A DNA stretch of 64,000 nt from Centroscyllium fabricii (taxonomy: Eukaryota), in contig JBNRSN020000028.1 in NCBI GenBank assembly GCA_051313645.2, positions 15,128,001 through 15,192,000 of the forward strand. The letters run 5' to 3'. Below, in pieces: positions 36,360 to 47,900 of this stretch (positions are counted from its first letter, which is position 1; the number at the start of each line of letters is the position of its first letter). A model generated the notes under the pieces. It ran no database searches, had not been told where the DNA came from, and saw nothing but the letters and a program-made list of their open reading frames with translations. Position numbers and translations under genes: made by a program.

Positions 36360-36620
36360 ATGTTGTACCATCACCGAGTTATATTGTGCCTGGTGTTCGG
36401 TAAGTATCGCCATGCTTTGTGTCTGTGCACCAATGTGATGCGAATAGATTTTCTATCTCAGTATTGTGTTCAACCCTCAGTTAACTTTAATTTCAGGGGC
36501 TATTCAGGCAGAATCGGTGTCACAACCTCAGTCCACGCTCCATGTGTCTGAAGGAGATGTTGTGAAAATAGCCTATATCTACACAACAAGCCCCAGTGAC
36601 CCCGATCTGCACTGGTACTG
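36360..36620 (+). pseudogene. Truncated V pseudogene, family F (leader 36360-36399, V exon from 36497)
   Basis: MLYHHRVILCLVF-G|gtaagt...ag|AIQAESVSQPQSTLHVSEGDVVKIAYIYTTSPSDPDLHWY. First Cys changed to Tyr, V homology ends after WY. Confidence 0.8.
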
Positions 36621-37579
36621 TGACGTGCGGAGATGATTGTGGCGTCATCCACTGCATGGCCAACCAGCGGCCACCTCTATGGGACGTAGAGTCGGCCATG
36701 TTTGTGTGACGTAATTCGTTGCGCAAGTCTGTCGTTTATTTACATAAAACACCTCGATTAAAAGGAACAGTGACTTCAGTTTGCATCAAATAACCGTCCA
36801 TCTTAAACCTTGAAAGTGAAAGTTTAGCGCGAGAGACTTATAAAGTGGTCATTAAAACGGTTGGTGAGGTGCGCATGTGCAGAAAGTTCTCTCAGTGACA
36901 GATGGGGGCTTTTCTCTGCCTCTGTGAATTGTGAGAGCCGCAGCCCTCCATGGCCCAGTCATTAACCGAGTGAATTCGGCTAAAGATACATTTCCATGCT
37001 GAGAAAAACATTTTTTTACACAGATGGAGGTGAACATGTGGAACAATTGCATGCATTATATTAGTAGAGAAAATGCATAGGAGTCTCAAAAGAGGAATAT
37101 TAAATGATGCGAAGACTGAGAGGAAAGTGTAGACATGAAGGGTTTAATCACTTCAGAAACTCACCGAGCCCAGAGTCAGCGGGAGACGGGGTACAGGACA
37201 GATAGACGGGTATGTGATTAGAGCGGATCGTTCCGCCCCCCCCCCCCCCCCCCGGTTAGAGTGGCGAGGTGGTCGGGGTGTTGGGAGAGACAGAGAGAGG
37301 CATACACAGAGTTTAAGCACCAACTACACCCATTCCCAATCTCACTTCCACACCCTTCAGAAAGGTAGTTATTATTTTCGCCGCATAAGCAGATGTGCTA
37401 ATCCATCACATGGCTGAACTCCAGATGTTTCGATGAAAAGCAGCGCAGCACGGGAAGGAAAATGTCGAAATAAACTCCGGTCTGATCCGAAATTCTGGAT
37501 ATGTTACAATGGCCGGGAGGCTCTTAAATAATCCGATGGGGTGGCGAATAACGTCTGAGAGATAGGGAGGTTACGTTAG

Positions 37580-40050
37580 ATTTGGCCTGGTGTGATATAA
37601 ACAGAGATATTATCCACTGCAGTAATAATTGAGAAAGGGCCTAGTTTAATATAAAAGAGATATGGTCTAGTGCAGTAGTAACTGAGACAGGGTCAAATGA
37701 GATATAAACAGAGACAGGGCCCAGTGTAATATAAACAGGCCCAGGATCCAGTGTAATATAAACAGAGACAGGATCAATTGTAAGATAAACATATACATAG
37801 CATAGTGTAATATAAACAGCGACAGAACCTCGTCTAATATAAAGAGAGACACTGTCTAGGGTAATTTAAACAAGACAGGGTATAGTGTAATATAAACGGA
37901 GACAGGGCCTAGTGTAATATAAACAGAGACAGGGTCTAGTGTAATATAAACAGAGACAGGGTCTAGTGTAATATAAACAGAGAGAGGGTCTAGTGTAATA
38001 TAAACAGAGACAGGGTCTAGTGTAATATAAACAGAGACAGTGCCTAGTGTAATATAAACAGAGACAGGGTCTACTGTAATATAAACAGAGACAGGGTCTA
38101 GTGTAATATAAACAGAGACAGGGCCTAGTGTAATATACACAGAGACAGGGTCTAGTGTATGTTAAACAGTGACAGGGTCTAGTGTAATATAAACAGAGAC
38201 AGGGTTTAGTATAATATACACAGAGACAGGGTCTAGTGTATGTTAAACAGTGACAGGGTCTAGTGTAATATAAACAGAGACATGGCCTAGTGTAATATAA
38301 ACAGAGACAGGGTCTAGTGTAATATAAACAGAGACAGGGTTTAGTGTAATATACACAGAGACAGGGTCTAGTGTATGTTAAACAGAGACAGGGCCTAGTG
38401 TAATATAAACAGAGACATGGCCTAGTGTAATATAAACAGAGACAGGGTCTAGTGTAATATAAACAGAGACAGGGTCTAGTGTAATATAAACAGAGAGAGG
38501 GTTTAGTGTAATATAAACAGAGACAGGGCCTAGTGTAATATAAACAGAGACAGGGTCTAGTGTAATATAAACAGAGACAGGGTCTAGTGTAATATAAACA
38601 GAGACAGGGCCTAGTGTAATATAAACAGAGACAGGGTCTAATGTAATATAAGCAGAGTCAGGGTCCAGTGTCACATAAACAGAGATAGTTTCTAGTGTAA
38701 TATAAACCGTGACAGGGTCTAGTGTAATATAAATGTGACATGGTCTAGCGCAGTAATAACAGAGACAGGGTCGAGTGAAGTATAAACTGAGATATGGTCT
38801 AATGCAGTAATAAATGAGACATGGTGGTCAAAACTGCCCAACGAATTACCGGTACACAGCTACCGTCAGTGGAAAGCATCTACCTCAAACGCTGCTTACG
38901 GAGGTCTATGAACATAATAAAAGACCCCACACACCCCAGCCACAGTCTGTTCGCCCCTCTGCCCTCCGGGAGACACTACAGAGCAATTTGCACCCGCACG
39001 ACTAGATTTCAGAACAGCTTCTTTCCCAGGGCTGTCAGCCTCCTGAACTCTAAAAAGAAACTCCGGTACCTGCACGCCTGATAATGAACTTTACTGTATG
39101 CAATTTATTTATGTAATTTATTTATTTTGTTTACACTACTCTCGGGAGAGTCGAGTCTTCGTCTCGTTGTATTGTACTAGTACTCTGCAATGACAATAAA
39201 ACTTGAATTGAATTGAATTGAATTGGTCTGGAGTAATATCAACAGAGACAGGCTCTAGTGTAATATCAACAGAGACAGGGTCTAGTTTAATATCAACAGT
39301 GACAGGGTCTAGTGTAATATAAACAGAGACAGGGTCTAGTGTAATATAAACAGAGACAGGGTCTACTGCAATATAAACAGAGACAGGGTCTAGTGTAATA
39401 TAAACAGAGATAGGGTCTAGTGAAATATAAGCAGAGACAGGGTCTAGTGTAATGTAAACAGAGACAGGGTCTACTGCAATATAAACAGAGACAGGGTCTA
39501 GTGTAATATAAACAGAGACAGGGTCTAGTGTAATATAAACAGAGACAGGGTCTACTGCAATATAAACAGAGACAGGGTCTAGTGTAATATAAACAGAGAT
39601 AGGGTCTAGTGAAATATAAGCAGAGACAGGGTCTAGTGTAATATAAACAGAGACAGGGTCTAGTGTAATATAAACAGAGACAGGGTCTAGTGAAATATAA
39701 ACAGAGACAGGGCCTAGTGTAATATAAACAGAGACAGGGACTAGTGTAATATAAACAGAGACAGGGTCTAGAGCAGTAATACATGACAAAGGGCCTAGTG
39801 TTATATAAAAAGAGTCAGTGTCTAGTGCAGTTATAACTGAGACTGCGGCCTTCTGTAATATAAAAAGAGACTATATCCATTGCAGTAATTACTGAGACAG
39901 AGCCAGTGTAATATAAACAGAGACATGGTCTAGTGTAATAATAACTGAGAGGGGCTAGTGTAATATAAACAGAGACATGGTCTAGTGTAATATAAACAGA
40001 GAGGGCCTAGTGTAATATAAACAGAGACAGGGTCTCTAGTGAATTAATAA
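37580..40050 (-). repeat. 27-bp satellite array, interrupted by a Rex1/Babar fragment
   Basis: Tandem units seen directly. Confidence 0.93.
38821..39225 (+). mobile_element. Rex1/Babar-clade LINE 3' fragment
   Basis: VVKTAQRITGTQLPS..IIKDPTHPSHSLFAPLPSGRHYR..RTTRFQNSFFPRAVSLLN, AATAAA and a (TTGAA)n tail. Confidence 0.88.
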
Positions 40051-40137
40051 CTGATGTGGAGGTGCCGGTGTTGGACTGGGTTGGACAATTGTAAGAAGTC
40101 ACACAACACCAGATTATAGTCCAAGTTTTATTTGAAA

Positions 40138-40174
40138 TCACAAGCTTTCGCAGCGCTGCTCCTTCGTCAGGTGA
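40138..40174 (-). ncRNA. Minimal hammerhead ribozyme, second copy (one stem-II mismatch)
   Basis: TCAC-CTGACGA-a-GGAGC-agc-GCTGC-GAAA-GC-TT-GTGA. Confidence 0.6.
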
Positions 40175-40812
40175 AGTGGAGAGATGCACATAGGCACAGC
40201 ATATATAGTCAGAAAACCGTGCTAGATGATTACAGGTAATTCCTCCAACTGCTCTTTATCACACCTCGTTTGAGACACAATATCTGATCACTTTTTTAAA
40301 ATATATGATCAATAAAGCTCAAATCCGCTCAATGACCTGGTCTAAATCGTATTGAACAAAATCCACAAGGAGAGGGCACCAAACTCAAGCATGGTAATTA
40401 GAAAGTCACGTGATGCAAACACCAAAACCAATGGCGACCATCGCTTTAATGAGGTCACAATAGGGCCGAACCTGCCGTGTGTGGGTGGGAAAACGAGCTG
40501 AACAGGCTCCGGGTTACCTCTCTCCTTCTCAATCTCTGCCTCAATCTCTGCCTCATTATATTCCAAGTCACTATGAGTGAATCAATCAGACACGTTTTTC
40601 ATAAAACTGGCGGCTGTCTTGAACATTAAGTACTGGATCACCTTAAACAACACAAGTTCGCAGATTGACGCAAAGAGTTTGTGCAGGTTATCAGAAATAT
40701 CCCTGCAATGGATATTTGGGTCCACGGGAGGTGACATGCACTCACACAGGTAGACACAAGTTCAGATCGATCTTGTTTAACCTCCTGTTGTTCTGTTCCC
40801 CTGTCTTCACAG

Positions 40813-41130
40813 GTGGTCCATGTGCAGATCCAGTAAATTAACTCCGGTGACATCAGCCGTGTCAGCAGGGGTTTCGGTGCAGTTAGATTGCGGATATACA
40901 ATCCTCGCTGTTGCCTACTTGCAATGATATCAGGAGGAACCGGCTCAGCCTCCAAGCTAGATAATTAGCAAAATAGCATCACTGAAGGGAGAGGAAATCT
41001 CAGGACAATATCTGGCGCCTGTTGGCACGTCTAGAAAGCACGGTTACCTCAACCTATGCGGCCTGAGTGTGGAGGATGGAGCAGCCTATCACTGTGCATC
41101 AGATGAAAGCACAAGTCCCGGACAAAAACC
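40813..41130 (+). pseudogene. V pseudogene, family G (absent from the ORF track)
   Basis: After cacag|: ADPVN*, frameshift, PVTSAVSAGVSVQLDCGYTILAVAYLQ*YQEEPAQPP..HGYLNLCGLSVEDGAAYHCA. Perfect nonamer ACAAAAACC at 41122-41130, heptamer lost. Confidence 0.75.
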
Positions 41131-41174
41131 TCAGCGAGTAGTTACAGCTTCATGAAGTGTTCTTTGGTGCGTTT

Positions 41175-41799
41175 ATCTGTGGGGTTAGTTTGATCCCAAA
41201 GTCATGGAAACCAAAGACTGTCAATTTTCTATATCAAATAGATGTAATCGTGTCCTTATCTGTGTTCAAATCAGCAGAGAAACGGCCTGGGAAATACGGA
41301 GAATTATCTCCCTGCCCCGATCAATATCTCCTCAGTAAATATCTCGGAGCGTACCCGGGAAATTGATGTACCAGTAGAGGTAGGGAAAACTATCGGATTT
41401 TTTTCTATCCATTGATGGGAAGTGGGCGTCGCTGGCTGGCTAGGCCTGCATTTAGTGCCCATCCCTATGTGGAGGAAATGCAGCTGAGTATCAGGGTTTG
41501 CCCTTCGAGCACCTCTAATTCAGACCGATCCCGGGACTCTGACGATAGCAAAATACTGCAGATGCTGGCAATCCGAAACAACAACAGAAATCAGATGTTG
41601 CCTGGCCTGCGGAGTTTTTCCATCCTTTTCTGTTGTTGCCTGGCAATCTGAGTCTGCGCCACTTGTTCCTGTAACAAAACACAGAATGTCTGAAAAGTCT
41701 GGGAATAAATATAACTCATGAAACACACATTTACCATTTAAACATAGACTCACTGGGCAGCACGGCCATTATTATCAGTAAGGAATTTGGGGAGCTCAT
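41175..41799 (-). pseudogene. Family-A-related V pseudogene with two small repeat insertions
   Basis: Leader MSSPNSLLIIMAVLP|gtgagt, intron similar to A1, GTSGADS..RDRSELEVLEGQTLILSC..YLYWYI..PRYLLRRY..PGRFSADL. Inserts at ~41395-41465 and ~41540-41650. Confidence 0.85.
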
Positions 41800-42002
41800 G
41801 GTGGCTGGCTTTGAGTTCGGCAGAAAATAGCAGAATTCTTTTAACCTGTTGACCTTGCGTCTGATATTAAAGAGTAAACCCAGAATAGGAGCAGACTTCG
41901 CCTATTAGGACACTTAGGGACGCTCCCAGAAAGAGTGTTATAAAACCCCCAGCGCTCTGCTAACGGCACAGGACACGAGCGATCAGCGCCACCAACCCGG
42001 CA

Positions 42003-42041
42003 GGTTTTTGTACGGGCTCTGCTGATCTCTGTTGCACTGTG
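42003..42041 (-). other. Perfect consensus 23-RSS of V segment H
   Basis: CACAGTG, 23 bp, ACAAAAACC. Confidence 0.95.
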
Positions 42042-42546
42042 TCTCCACCGCACAGAAATAGGTGGCGGTGTCTGTCACTCGAGCGTCGCTAACATTCAGA
42101 GCACTGCGCTTCTCTACTGAACTGAAGCGAGCCGCGATCCTGCTCTGATCGCTGGTACCGGTCGCCAGGTGTTGCACGGTTCGCCTCGGGTATTGTCTGT
42201 ACCATTGTAGGACCTGTCCTGTTACTGTGGTGGAACAGGTCAACGATGCAGTGACTCCCTCGGTAATAAGCACTGACTCGGGAGACTGCGATACCTCTTC
42301 CCTGCCAGTGGCACCTGGGACGAGTATGTAATATAATATATAAGTAAGATAATGTAATTAATATAATATAATTGTGGAATGTAATATAATACAATATAAC
42401 ATAACATAAAATAATAATATATAAACAATAAAAAATACATAAACGATGTAAAATATTCCCGATAGACAAAGATTGTGACCACACTCACACGGAGGGGAGA
42501 ATAAGAAATTCAGGGAGATAATCACTAAACTGAAGCTCAGCTTCAT
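42042..42546 (-). CDS. TRAV: TCR alpha V segment, family H (leader 42546-42489, V exon 42314-42042), apparently functional, compact domain
   Basis: MKLSFSLVIISLNFLFSPPCATGREEVSQSPESVLITEGVTASLTCSTTVTGQVLQWYRQYPRRTVQHLATGTSDQSRIAARFSSVEKRSALNVSDARVTDTATYFCAVE. Confidence 0.88.
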
Positions 42547-43574
42547 GTCGGATCCTATCGATTTGTGTAAAGTGACTGTCGGCAGATCCATGCCTAGAGA
42601 GGCTCCTGGAGAAGGCAGCGCGGTTGTGTTTCAAACCGAGCCTAACACCACACTGTGCCCGTCTCACACGGGTCTCTGGGACTCAAAAAGTGAACCAGTG
42701 ACGGAAGTTCCGGGCTCCGGGGGCTGGGGGAGGGGTATAGCGCATGCGTCAGAGCATCAGCGCGTCATCCTGAATTAAATCGGAACACAGAGAGGACACA
42801 AATAGTGAGACAATGATCCAGCATCAGCTCAAAGAGGATCACTTCAACCCGGCCACAAGGTGGCGCTGACAGACAGTTGCTTCCCACCGCCGGTCACGTT
42901 GTATCAACCAAAGCAGACGGACATTCTTTTATAAATTAACAGGAAATTCCTTTTCAAAGTTTAGATTTCTGTTCATTGATATTATGACAATGTCATAATT
43001 TCACGCATTACTTGACTGTAAATGAGCTTGTCACCTCCAGTAGACAGTTTCGAATTAAATACATTTCTCATTAATAATTACAATTCGGAATTGATTAGGA
43101 TTGTGCTATATTGTCCAACTTCTGTTTCCACCCCCATAGTTTAATCCCAGATCAGTGATGAAGATGCCTGTAGCTAATATAATAACTGCAAATCATTTCG
43201 CGAGCATGGAGATAGCACAGTTCTAATAGAGAAGCGAAGTTACACAGCTTTCAGAGGTGCACTATTAGTGAAGTAATTTACTTACACATGTATTATCTGT
43301 GTGTTGAACGGCTGAATGCTGCAATTAAACAGACCACGCCAACAGATATTAAATCCGTTAGACCCTGGCAAAGTGAACACTCCTTGTGAAGTGACTCTAG
43401 ACCCTGGCGAGTATTCCACGTGTTCTGCACATGTGGGCCCTTCAGACACCCAGCACTTTCAGATTCACCCCTTGATTTTTCAACACTGCTCACGAAGTAT
43501 GTATGTTTTTCATTGTCACTTCTCATGTACAACACTTCACACTTTATCTAAATTAAGTTTCATCGAACAGAATT

Positions 43575-44340
43575 TTTTTTTTTAATGTTATTCGTTTATG
43601 GGATGGGGCGTCGCATCCCTAGTTGCCCTAGGGAAGATGGTGATGAGCCGCCTTGTTTAACCACTGCAGTCCGTGTGGTGCTGGTACTCCACGGTGTTGT
43701 TAGTGAGGGTGCTCCACGATATTTACCCAGCGACGATGAAGGATCAGCGATATAGTTCTAAGTCAGGATGGTGAGTGACCTGAAGGGGAACTTGGAGGTG
43801 GCGGTGTTCCCATGCATCTGCTGCCCGTGTCCTTTTAGGTGGAAGAGGTCGCGGGTTTGGGAGGTGCTGCCGAAGAAGCCTTGGCGAGTTGCTGCAGCGC
43901 ATCATATAGATGGTATTCACTGTAGCCACGGTATGCCGGTGGTGGAGGGAGTGATTATTTAAGGCGGTGGATGGAGTGCCAAACAAGCGGGCTGCATTGT
44001 CCTCGATGCTGTCGAGCTCCTTGAGTGTTGTTGGAGCTGCACTCATCCAGGAAACTGGAGAGTGTTCCATCACACTCCTTACGTGTGCCTTGTGGCTTTG
44101 GGAAGTCAGGGGTGAGACACTCGCCGCAGAACACCCAGCCGCTGACAAGCTCTTGTTGGCACAGTTTTCATGTCGTTGGTCCAGTGAAGTTTCTAGTTAA
44201 TGGTGACCCCTGGATGTTGATGGTGGGGTATTCGGCGATGGAAATGACATTGAATGTCAAGGGGAGGTGGTTAGACTCTCGCTTGTTGGAGATAGTCATT
44301 GCCTGGCACTTCTGTCGCGCGAATGTTACCTGCCACTCAG
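43575..44340 (-). mobile_element. CR1/L2-clade LINE 3' fragment (second family)
   Basis: ORF remnants WQVTFARQKCQAMTISNKR, KAHVRSVMEHSPVSWMSAAPTTLKELD and SLHHRHTVA. Confidence 0.8.
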
Positions 44341-44997
44341 CAGTCCAATCGTCTGCATTTTCTCTCTGGGTGGGTGAGTCCATTCAACGGGATCCCTAAT
44401 GTTCAATTCTCCCTAGTGCTCGGTAGCCCCGGTACCTTATCAATTAATCTGTCTGACAAACTGCGCACCCCAGTCACTCCACCAGAAAAGGAGGGTTCCA
44501 TCATAGAAACATAGAAGATAGGAGCAGGAGTCGGCCATTCGGCCCCTCGATCCAGCTCCGCCATTCAATAAGATCATGGCTGATCATCCCCATTGTCTTG
44601 GCTACATTTAAACACAGAGGCCCAGAGGGTGAAAGGTTGTCTTCGGAGTCATCGCAGGACCTGATTTCACCCACCAGAGTGAACAGACACCAAACGCTTT
44701 TGACGTTTACAAATTCCAACCAGCCCGAATATCGGCTGTGATGAGAAACACATCAGCCGTCTGATAATTGGATGCTGAGTAACAAAGATATAAGAGGCGG
44801 CTGCCTTTGCCAGTCGCTGACAAATTAAAAAATCGGTTATCGAATTGATTAGTGATACAGACGGTTTTTCAGACAATCGATATCGCGGTAATTTCAGAAC
44901 CAATATCCTGAAATACGATGCACCGAATTTGGAAACGGCCCCTTTTTATTTTCATGTGACTTTTCTGAATGAAGGAGATGGGATTGTAAAAGAAACA

Positions 44998-47900
44998 TAT
45001 TGAGAGTGTTGTCAGTGTGTCTTGTATTAGCTGGGGTCCGTGTTGAGGAGGGGATTGAGTGTGTTGTCAGTGTGTCTTGTATTAGCAGGAGTCCGTGGTG
45101 AGGAGGGGATTGAGTGTGTTGTCAGTGTGTCTTCCATTAGCAGGAGTCCGTGTTGAGGAGGGGATTGGGTGTGTTGTCAGTGTGTCTTGAATTAGCAGGA
45201 GTCCGTGGTGAGGAGGGCATTGAGTGTGTTGTCAGTGTGTCTTCTATTAGCAGGAGTCCGTGGTGAGATGGGGATTGAGTGTGTTGTCAGTGTGTCTTGT
45301 ATTAGCAGGATCCGTGGTGAGGAGGGGATTGAGGGTGTTGTCAGTGTGTCTTGCATTAGCAGGGGTCCGTGTTGAGGAGGGGATTGAGTGTGTTGTCAGT
45401 GTGTCTTGTATTAGCAGGGGTCCGTGTTGAGGAGAGGATTGAGTGTGTTGTCAGTGTGTCTTGTATCAGCAGGAGTCCGTGTTGAGGAGGGGATTGACTG
45501 TGTTGTCAGTGTGTCTTGTATTAGCAGGGTCCGTGGTGAGGAGCGGATTGAGTGTGTTGTCAGTGTGTCTTGTATTAGCAGGAGTCCGTGGTGAGGAGCG
45601 GATTGTGTGCGTTGTCAGTGTGTCTTGTATTAGCAGGAGTCCGTGGTGAGGAGGGGATTGTGTGTGTTGTCAGTGTGTCTTGTATTAGCAGGAGTCCGTG
45701 GTGAGGAGGGGATTGTGTGTGTTGTCAGTGTGTCTTGTATTAGCAGGAGTCCGTGGTGAGGAGGGGATTGAATGTGTTGTCAGTGTGTCTTATATTAGCA
45801 GGAGTCCGTGGTGAGATGGGGATTGAGTGTGTTGTCAGTGTGTCTTGTATTAGCATGGTCCGTGGTGAGGAGGGGATTGAGTGTGTTGTCAGTGTGTCTT
45901 GTATTAGCAGGAGTCCGTGGTGAGATGGGGATTGAGTGTGTTGTCAGTGTGTCTTGTATTAGCAGGAGTCCGTGGGGAGATGGGGATTGAGTGTGTTGTC
46001 AGTGTGTCTTGTATTAGCAGGAGTCCGTGGTGAGGAGGGGATTGAGTGTGTTGTCAGTGTGTCTTGTATTAGCAGGAGTCCGTGGTGAGATGGGGATTGA
46101 GTGTTTTGTCAGTGTGTCTTGTATTAGCAGGGTCCGTGTTGAGGAGGGGATTGAGGGTGTTGTCAGTGTGTCTTATATTAGCAGGGGTCCCTGGTGAGGA
46201 GGGGATTGAGTGTGTTGTCAGTGTGTCTTTTATTAGCAGGGTCCGTGTTGAGGAGGGAATTGAGTGTGTTGTCAGTGTGTGTTGTATTTGTAGGGTCCGT
46301 GGTGAGGAGGGGATTGAGTGTGTTGTCAGTGTGTCTTGTATTAGCAGGGTCCGTGGTGCGGAGGGGATGAGTGTGTTGTCAGTGTGTCTTGAATTAGCAG
46401 GGGTCCGTGGTGAGGAGGTGATTGAGTGTGTTGTCAGTGTGTCTTGTATTAGCAGGGTCCGTGGTGAGATGGGGATTGAGGGTGTTGTAAGTGTGTCTTC
46501 TATTAGCAGGAGTCCATGGTGAGGAGGGGATTGAGTGTGTTGCCAGTGGGTCTTGTATTAGCAGGGTCCGTGGTGAGGAGGTGATTGAGTGTGTTGCCAG
46601 TGGGTCTTGTATTAGCAGGGTCCGTGGTGAGGAGGTGATTGAGTGTGTTGCCAGTGGGTCTTGTATCAGCAGGGGTCCGTGGTGAGGAGCGGATTGAGTG
46701 TGTTGTAAGTGTGTCTTGTATTAGCAGGAGTCCGTGGTGAGGAGGGGATTGAGAGTGTTGTCAGTGTGTCTTGTATTAGCAGGAGTCCGTGGGGAGGAGG
46801 GGATTAAGTGTGTTGTCAGTGTGTCTTGTATTAGCAGGAGTCCGTGGTTAGGAGGGGATTGAGTGTGTTGTCAGTGTGTCTTGTATTAGCAGGGTCCGTG
46901 GTGAGGAGGGGATTAAGTGTGTTGTCAGTGTGTCTTGTATTAGCAGGAGTCCGTGGTGAGGAGGGGATTAAGTGTGTTGTCAGTGTGTCTTGTATTAGCA
47001 GGAGTCCGTGGTGAGGAGGGGATTAAGTGTGTTGTCAGTGTGTCTTGTATTAGCAGGGGTCCGTGGTGAGGAGGGGATTGAGTGTGTTGTCAGTGTGTCT
47101 TGTATCAGCAGGGTCCGTGGTGAGGAGGGGATTGAGTGTGTTGTCAGTGTGTCTTGTATTAGCAGGAGTCCGTGTTGAGGAGGAGATTGAGTGTGTTGTC
47201 AGTGTGTCTTGTATTAGCAGGGGTCCGGGTTGAGGAGGGGATTGAGTTTGTTGTCAGTGTGTCTTGTATTAGCAGGAGTCCGTGTTGAGGAGGGGATTGA
47301 GTGTGTTGTCAGTGTGTCTTGTATTAGAGGAGTCCGTGGTGAGATGGTGATTGAGTGTGTTGTCACTGTGTCTTGTATTAGCAGGAGTCCGTGTTAAGGA
47401 GGGGATTGAGTGTGTTGCCAGTGGGTCTTGTATTAGCAGGGTCCGTGGTGAGGAGGGGATTGAGTGTGTTGTCAGTGTGTCTTGTATCAGCAGGTGTCCG
47501 TGGTGAGGAAGGGATTGAGTGTGTTGTCAGTGTGTCTTGTAGTAGCAGGAGTCCGTGGTGAGGAGGGGATTGAGCGTGTTGTCAGTGTGTCTTGTATTAG
47601 CAGGAGTCCGTGTTGAGGAGGGGATTGAGTTTGTTGCCAGTGTGTCTTGTATCAGCAGGAGTCCGTGGTGAGGAGGGGATTGAGTGTGTTGTGAGTGTGT
47701 CTTGTATTAGCAGGAGTCCGTGGTGAGATGAGGATTGAGTGTGTTGCCACTGGGTCTTGTATTGGCAGGGTACGTGGTGAGGAGGGGATTGAGTGTGTTG
47801 TCAGTGTGTCTTGTATCAGCAGGAGTCCGTGGTGAGGAGGGGATTGAGCGTGTTGTCAGTGTGTCTTGTATTAGCAGGAGTCCGTGGTGAGGAGGGGATT

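Noticed and set aside
44755-44941. Small MITE with imperfect terminal inverted repeats
   Set aside because: Only patchy end complementarity and no clear target duplication.
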